In this document: piece by piece, positions 35,067 through 37,680 of the stretch
Layout of the letters: the number at the start of each line of letters is the position of its first letter
Numbering within the stretch: position 1 is the first letter of the stretch
Assembly (NCBI GenBank): GCA_043818655.1
Contig: JBDRFO010000099.1
Location: 1-37,680 of the forward strand
Length of the DNA: 37,680 nt
Source of the DNA: Chloroflexota bacterium
GTDB lineage: Bacteria; Chloroflexota; Dehalococcoidia; Dehalococcoidales; JAZDNC01
Reading direction: 5' to 3'
Made by a program: the position numbers and the translations under genes
Notes under the pieces: generated by a model
Seen by the model: only the letters and a program-made list of their open reading frames with translations
Database searches by the model: none
What the model was told of the DNA's origin: nothing

Positions 35067-35845
35067 TCACCGGTAAGAAAAAGATAATCGCCCCTGCCGC
35101 TACTGCGATATAAATATGAGGCGATTATCCCGTTAATATCGCCAGAGGTAATATCCTTCTCAAGTTGTCGGCAACCTTCGCTAACCTCGTCCTGTCCGGC
35201 CAGGGCGGCGAAGGTTGATATCCCCTGCCGCACCTCAGGATTCAGGTAAAACTCCGGACGGTGCTTCCCGCTGTAAAGAAAAAGGTCTTTGAGATTCTCC
35301 TGAACCTCATATGCCTCTGATTCGATATTGCCGAAGCCGGCTCTTTTCAGGGCAGCGGTCACTTTCCCCCGGTCAGGCATCTTATCCATTGATTTTCTCA
35401 TTGCCTTTGGGAAATAGTGATTCAGCCAGTAACCCTCCATCTGTCCCGGTGTTGCGGTGAAGATCACAAACCGACCTGAGGAGAGCACGCGGTAGACCTC
35501 GGTAAAAACCTGTCTTATGTTGTCAAAATGGTGAATCCCGAGAACACAAAAAGCCCCGGTGAAGCTGTCGTTTGGGAAAGGAAGCGCCGCGACATTTCCG
35601 AGGCACCAGCTAACCGAACCCTCTTTCCGGCGGGCGGCACCAATCATCTGCGTTGCGGTATCAATACCGATTACCGGTGTGTCCTGCCTGTGGATTGCCA
35701 GCGTGTAATTCCCTGTCCCGCAGGCGACATCAAGGTATCTGCCTCCCGGAATCAACCTGAGGTGATGCCTGATTCTCCGGCAGAGGTATGGGTCAGCCTG
35801 CCGTGTGCGGTCGTAGCCCTTCCCGATTTCATCATAAAGCGGCAT
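35054..35845 (-). CDS. Class I SAM-dependent methyltransferase
   Basis: 263 aa with motif I YLDVACGTGNYT, followed by ...FDNIRQVFTEVYRVLSSGRFVIF. Confidence 0.85.
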   Translation of the reverse strand: MPLYDEIGKGYDRTRQADPYLCRRIRHHLRLIPGGRYLDVACGTGNYTLAIHRQDTPVIGIDTATQMIGAARRKEGSVSWCLGNVAALPFPNDSFTGAFCVLGIHHFDNIRQVFTEVYRVLSSGRFVIFTATPGQMEGYWLNHYFPKAMRKSMDKMPDRGKVTAALKRAGFGNIESEAYEVQENLKDLFLYSGKHRPEFYLNPEVRQGISTFAALAGQDEVSEGCRQLEKDITSGDINGIIASYLYRSSGRGDYLFLTGEKKQ

Positions 35846-35855
35846 GAGTCTTTTT

Positions 35856-36329
35856 TTACCTCAGTCTGTTAACGGCCATGGCAATACCGATCGCCAGGGA
35901 GAGAAGGTCAAAGAGACCGAAGGGAAGACCCCATGGTGCAAGGTGCGCGACGAGGTAGCTCAGCACAACCGCCATGCCGGATATGACGGCAAGTCCAATC
36001 CCGCGCTTGCGGTTGACCGAGAGACTGATGACCTCACCAACAGCCGAACCAGTCGCCAGGGCGAGCAGGAAGTTGATGAAGGGAAAGTAAATAAACCGCA
36101 CGGCTAATCCCCAGATGATGCCGGTGACAAGACCCATCCCCATCCCCACCAGGACGGCAATCAGGTAATGTCTTCCTGTGACATTAAAAGTGGGTAATTT
36201 ATACAGCCGGGCACATTCCCGGCAACGGGCACCAACCGGTGTCTCGACCATACACCTGGGGCAAATGGTTTGACCACACTTGCTGCAGCGAAGGGTGGAT
36301 TCAGAATGCGACGGGGCATTACACTTCAT
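35856..36329 (-). CDS. Zinc-ribbon (4 x CxxC-like) N-terminal domain fused to a polytopic membrane domain
   Basis: 157 aa. N-terminus CSKCGQTICPRCMVETPVGARCRECA, followed by about four hydrophobic helices. Ends 10 bp upstream of the methyltransferase gene. Confidence 0.7.
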   Translation of the reverse strand: MKCNAPSHSESTLRCSKCGQTICPRCMVETPVGARCRECARLYKLPTFNVTGRHYLIAVLVGMGMGLVTGIIWGLAVRFIYFPFINFLLALATGSAVGEVISLSVNRKRGIGLAVISGMAVVLSYLVAHLAPWGLPFGLFDLLSLAIGIAMAVNRLR

Positions 36330-36510
36330 TCTTTACCTCCCGTCAACATTTCTTTTCTTGCGATCACAGTTCATTTTGAAACAAATGTATAATACCCGCT
36401 GTTGATTGTCAATGTTTCCAAACTGGCGGTTCTGATTAATTATGGTTGCGACTTTGGCTTTGCCATCCAGAATTCATGTGGAAACAACCGGAATTGAACA
36501 AAGGGGAGTC

Positions 36511-36533
36511 ATCCGGAAACTGTCTTTCTGAAT
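36511..36533 (+). repeat. ATCCGGAAAC-motif copy
   Basis: ATCCGGAAACTGTCTTTCTGAAT in the divergent region upstream of the collagen-like gene. Confidence 0.55.
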
Positions 36534-36663
36534 AGAAGCAAGAGGCGTGCTCTATCTGACGATACTAAGCTTCTTCATGATTCTCCGGATGCAAAAAAGC
36601 GACAGAGCACCGGAGTATGGAGAAGGTTGTACTATTGACTTTACCATACTATACTTATATACT

Positions 36664-36672
36664 TGGTATAAT
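36664..36672 (+). promoter_or_regulatory. Extended -10 promoter element upstream of the collagen-like gene
   Basis: TGGTATAAT (TGnTATAAT form) about 200 nt before the GTG start. There is no good -35 at 17-nt spacing. Confidence 0.35.
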
Positions 36673-36873
36673 TTGTCCCGTATGTCGGTGTTTCGTGAAA
36701 CCGTCGGGTGTTGCAAGGTGGGGCAAAGGGGTGCTGGCATAATTCAATCACGGGGAAAGGAGGTACGGAGAAGACAAACATTACTGTTTAAATTATGCCC
36801 GATACACTCTGTGAGTGTAGTTATCGTCCGTGTGAAAGGACGATTTGATGTAACTTGATTATAAGGAGTCATA

Positions 36874-37395
36874 GTGAAAAAAAAGCTTATTTCGATTGCA
36901 TTATCGATATTCCTGGTTGTCGGCCTGATGGCCACTCCTGCTCTGGCTAAGGAGAATCCGAACCAGAATGAGGAACAAACCCAGAATGAGGAACAAGCCC
37001 AGAATAATGGTATGCCATTTCAAGAGATATGGGATGCCATCAATAGTCTAACGCAACTGGTACTCGATAACATTGCTGGCCTGCAGGCGCAGATTGACAA
37101 TATCCAGTTGATACCGGGGCCACAGGGAGAAGTCGGCCCGCAGGGACCACAGGGTGAGGTAGGTCCAGAGGGGCCGCAGGGCGAGAAGGGTGACCAGGGC
37201 ATCCAGGGCGAGAAGGGTGACCAGGGTGACCAAGGCATCCAGGGTGCTAAGGGTGACCAGGGGGACCAAGGTATCCAGGGTCTCAAGGGCGACCAGGGGG
37301 ACCAAGGCATCCAGGGTCCCAAAGGCGACAAGGGTGATACCGGTCCACAGGGACCTCCGGGACCCCAATTTAATAGCGTCCCCGTATATGCGTAG
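36874..37395 (+). CDS. Secreted collagen-like (Gly-X-Y) repeat protein
   Basis: Signal peptide [25 protein letters not shown] and a heptad-like segment ([27 protein letters not shown]). These are followed by 28 uninterrupted GXY triplets (37117-37368). GTG start with AAGGAG 6 nt upstream; TAG stop at 37393-37395. Confidence 0.85.
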   Translation: MKKKLISIALSIFLVVGLMATPALAKENPNQNEEQTQNEEQAQNNGMPFQEIWDAINSLTQLVLDNIAGLQAQIDNIQLIPGPQGEVGPQGPQGEVGPEGPQGEKGDQGIQGEKGDQGDQGIQGAKGDQGDQGIQGLKGDQGDQGIQGPKGDKGDTGPQGPPGPQFNSVPVYA

Positions 37396-37680
37396 ATTCT
37401 TCAGTCTGCTTTCCCGGTGCCGTCCGGTATGATGTTCTCTCATTATACGGTTCCCTATTCCCCGTCCGATCCTTCGTTTTATCCTTACGCCCACACCGTC
37501 CAGTTTAACGGATACACCTATGTGCCATTTAGCCACACAGACAACCGCAATGCATTTACGATAGTGGCATACGATGCTAACTACAATATTGTGCAGCAGA
37601 CATACAAGACGGGTGCTCGATACTGCTGGGATATCTCAGTGAATGCAGCGACCAAGGTAATAACTTTTAAGGGCCAAGGT
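37396..37680 (+). CDS. Open frame continuing in the collagen-like gene's frame past its TAG (partial, runs off the window)
   Basis: I found 95 codons without a stop in the same frame as 36874..37395 (ILQSAFPVPSGMMFSHYTVPYSPSDPSFYPYAHTVQFNGYTYVPFSHTDNRNAFTIVAYDANYNIVQQTYKTGARYCWDISVNAATKVITFKGQG). The first ATG is at 37429 and has no SD. Confidence 0.4.
   Translation, partial: MLQSAFPVPSGMMFSHYTVPYSPSDPSFYPYAHTVQFNGYTYVPFSHTDNRNAFTIVAYDANYNIVQQTYKTGARYCWDISVNAATKVITFKGQG

Noticed and set aside
36547-36858. 103-aa plus-strand ORF upstream of the collagen-like gene
   Set aside because: It has no SD and an odd composition, and it spans promoter-like and hairpin elements in an AT-rich spacer. 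I treat it as non-coding leader DNA.
37117-37368. Highly periodic short repeats that could be mistaken for a CRISPR or satellite array
   Set aside because: The period is 9 nt (GGN NNN NNN), with no spacers. It translates as an uninterrupted Gly-X-Y collagen stalk inside an ORF that has a signal peptide and an RBS.

Overview
This is a chromosomal, mostly housekeeping window centred on dnaA (16011..17363). Confident genes are gyrA, lysC, mazG, fmt, dnaA, obg, nadD, clpC, a tandem pair of family III CoA-transferases, an SSS transporter, a TIGR03960-like radical SAM protein, a MOFRL glycerate-kinase-like protein, DUF1015, a CoA-binding protein, 4-oxalocrotonate tautomerase, two SAM methyltransferases and a small biotinyl-domain protein. 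RNA genes are tRNA-Pro(CGG) and a 5S rRNA with no 23S or 16S nearby. A TPP riboswitch with its own terminator sits upstream of an archaeal-type thi4, which is followed by a PurM/HypE-like gene. No classical defence, CRISPR, secretion or prophage module is visible.

The unexplained signals are as follows:
- A 23-bp quasi-palindrome (ATCCGGAAAC-N3-TTTYCYGAAT) occurs at least ten times, almost only in intergenic DNA.
- A second family of long hairpin (REP/MITE-like) repeats is built from GTCATTGCGAGCG..GCGAAGCAATC arms.
- A gene for a membrane-anchored, transglutaminase-like protein is duplicated, promoter included. The two copies flank a decayed ISAs1-family transposase, with a 10-bp microhomology at the junction.
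- Three core-type genes each carry a single-base frameshift, two of them in G5 runs.
- A secreted collagen-like gene has a TAG stop followed by at least 95 more open codons in the same frame.
- An AT-rich island carries a perfect sigma-70 consensus promoter placed for a leaderless small membrane protein, convergent with a 54-aa ORF that has a strong SD.

The origin of replication probably flanks dnaA, but no canonical DnaA-box cluster is visible. Gene content suggests a Chloroflexota/Dehalococcoidia-like organism; that is a low-confidence inference.
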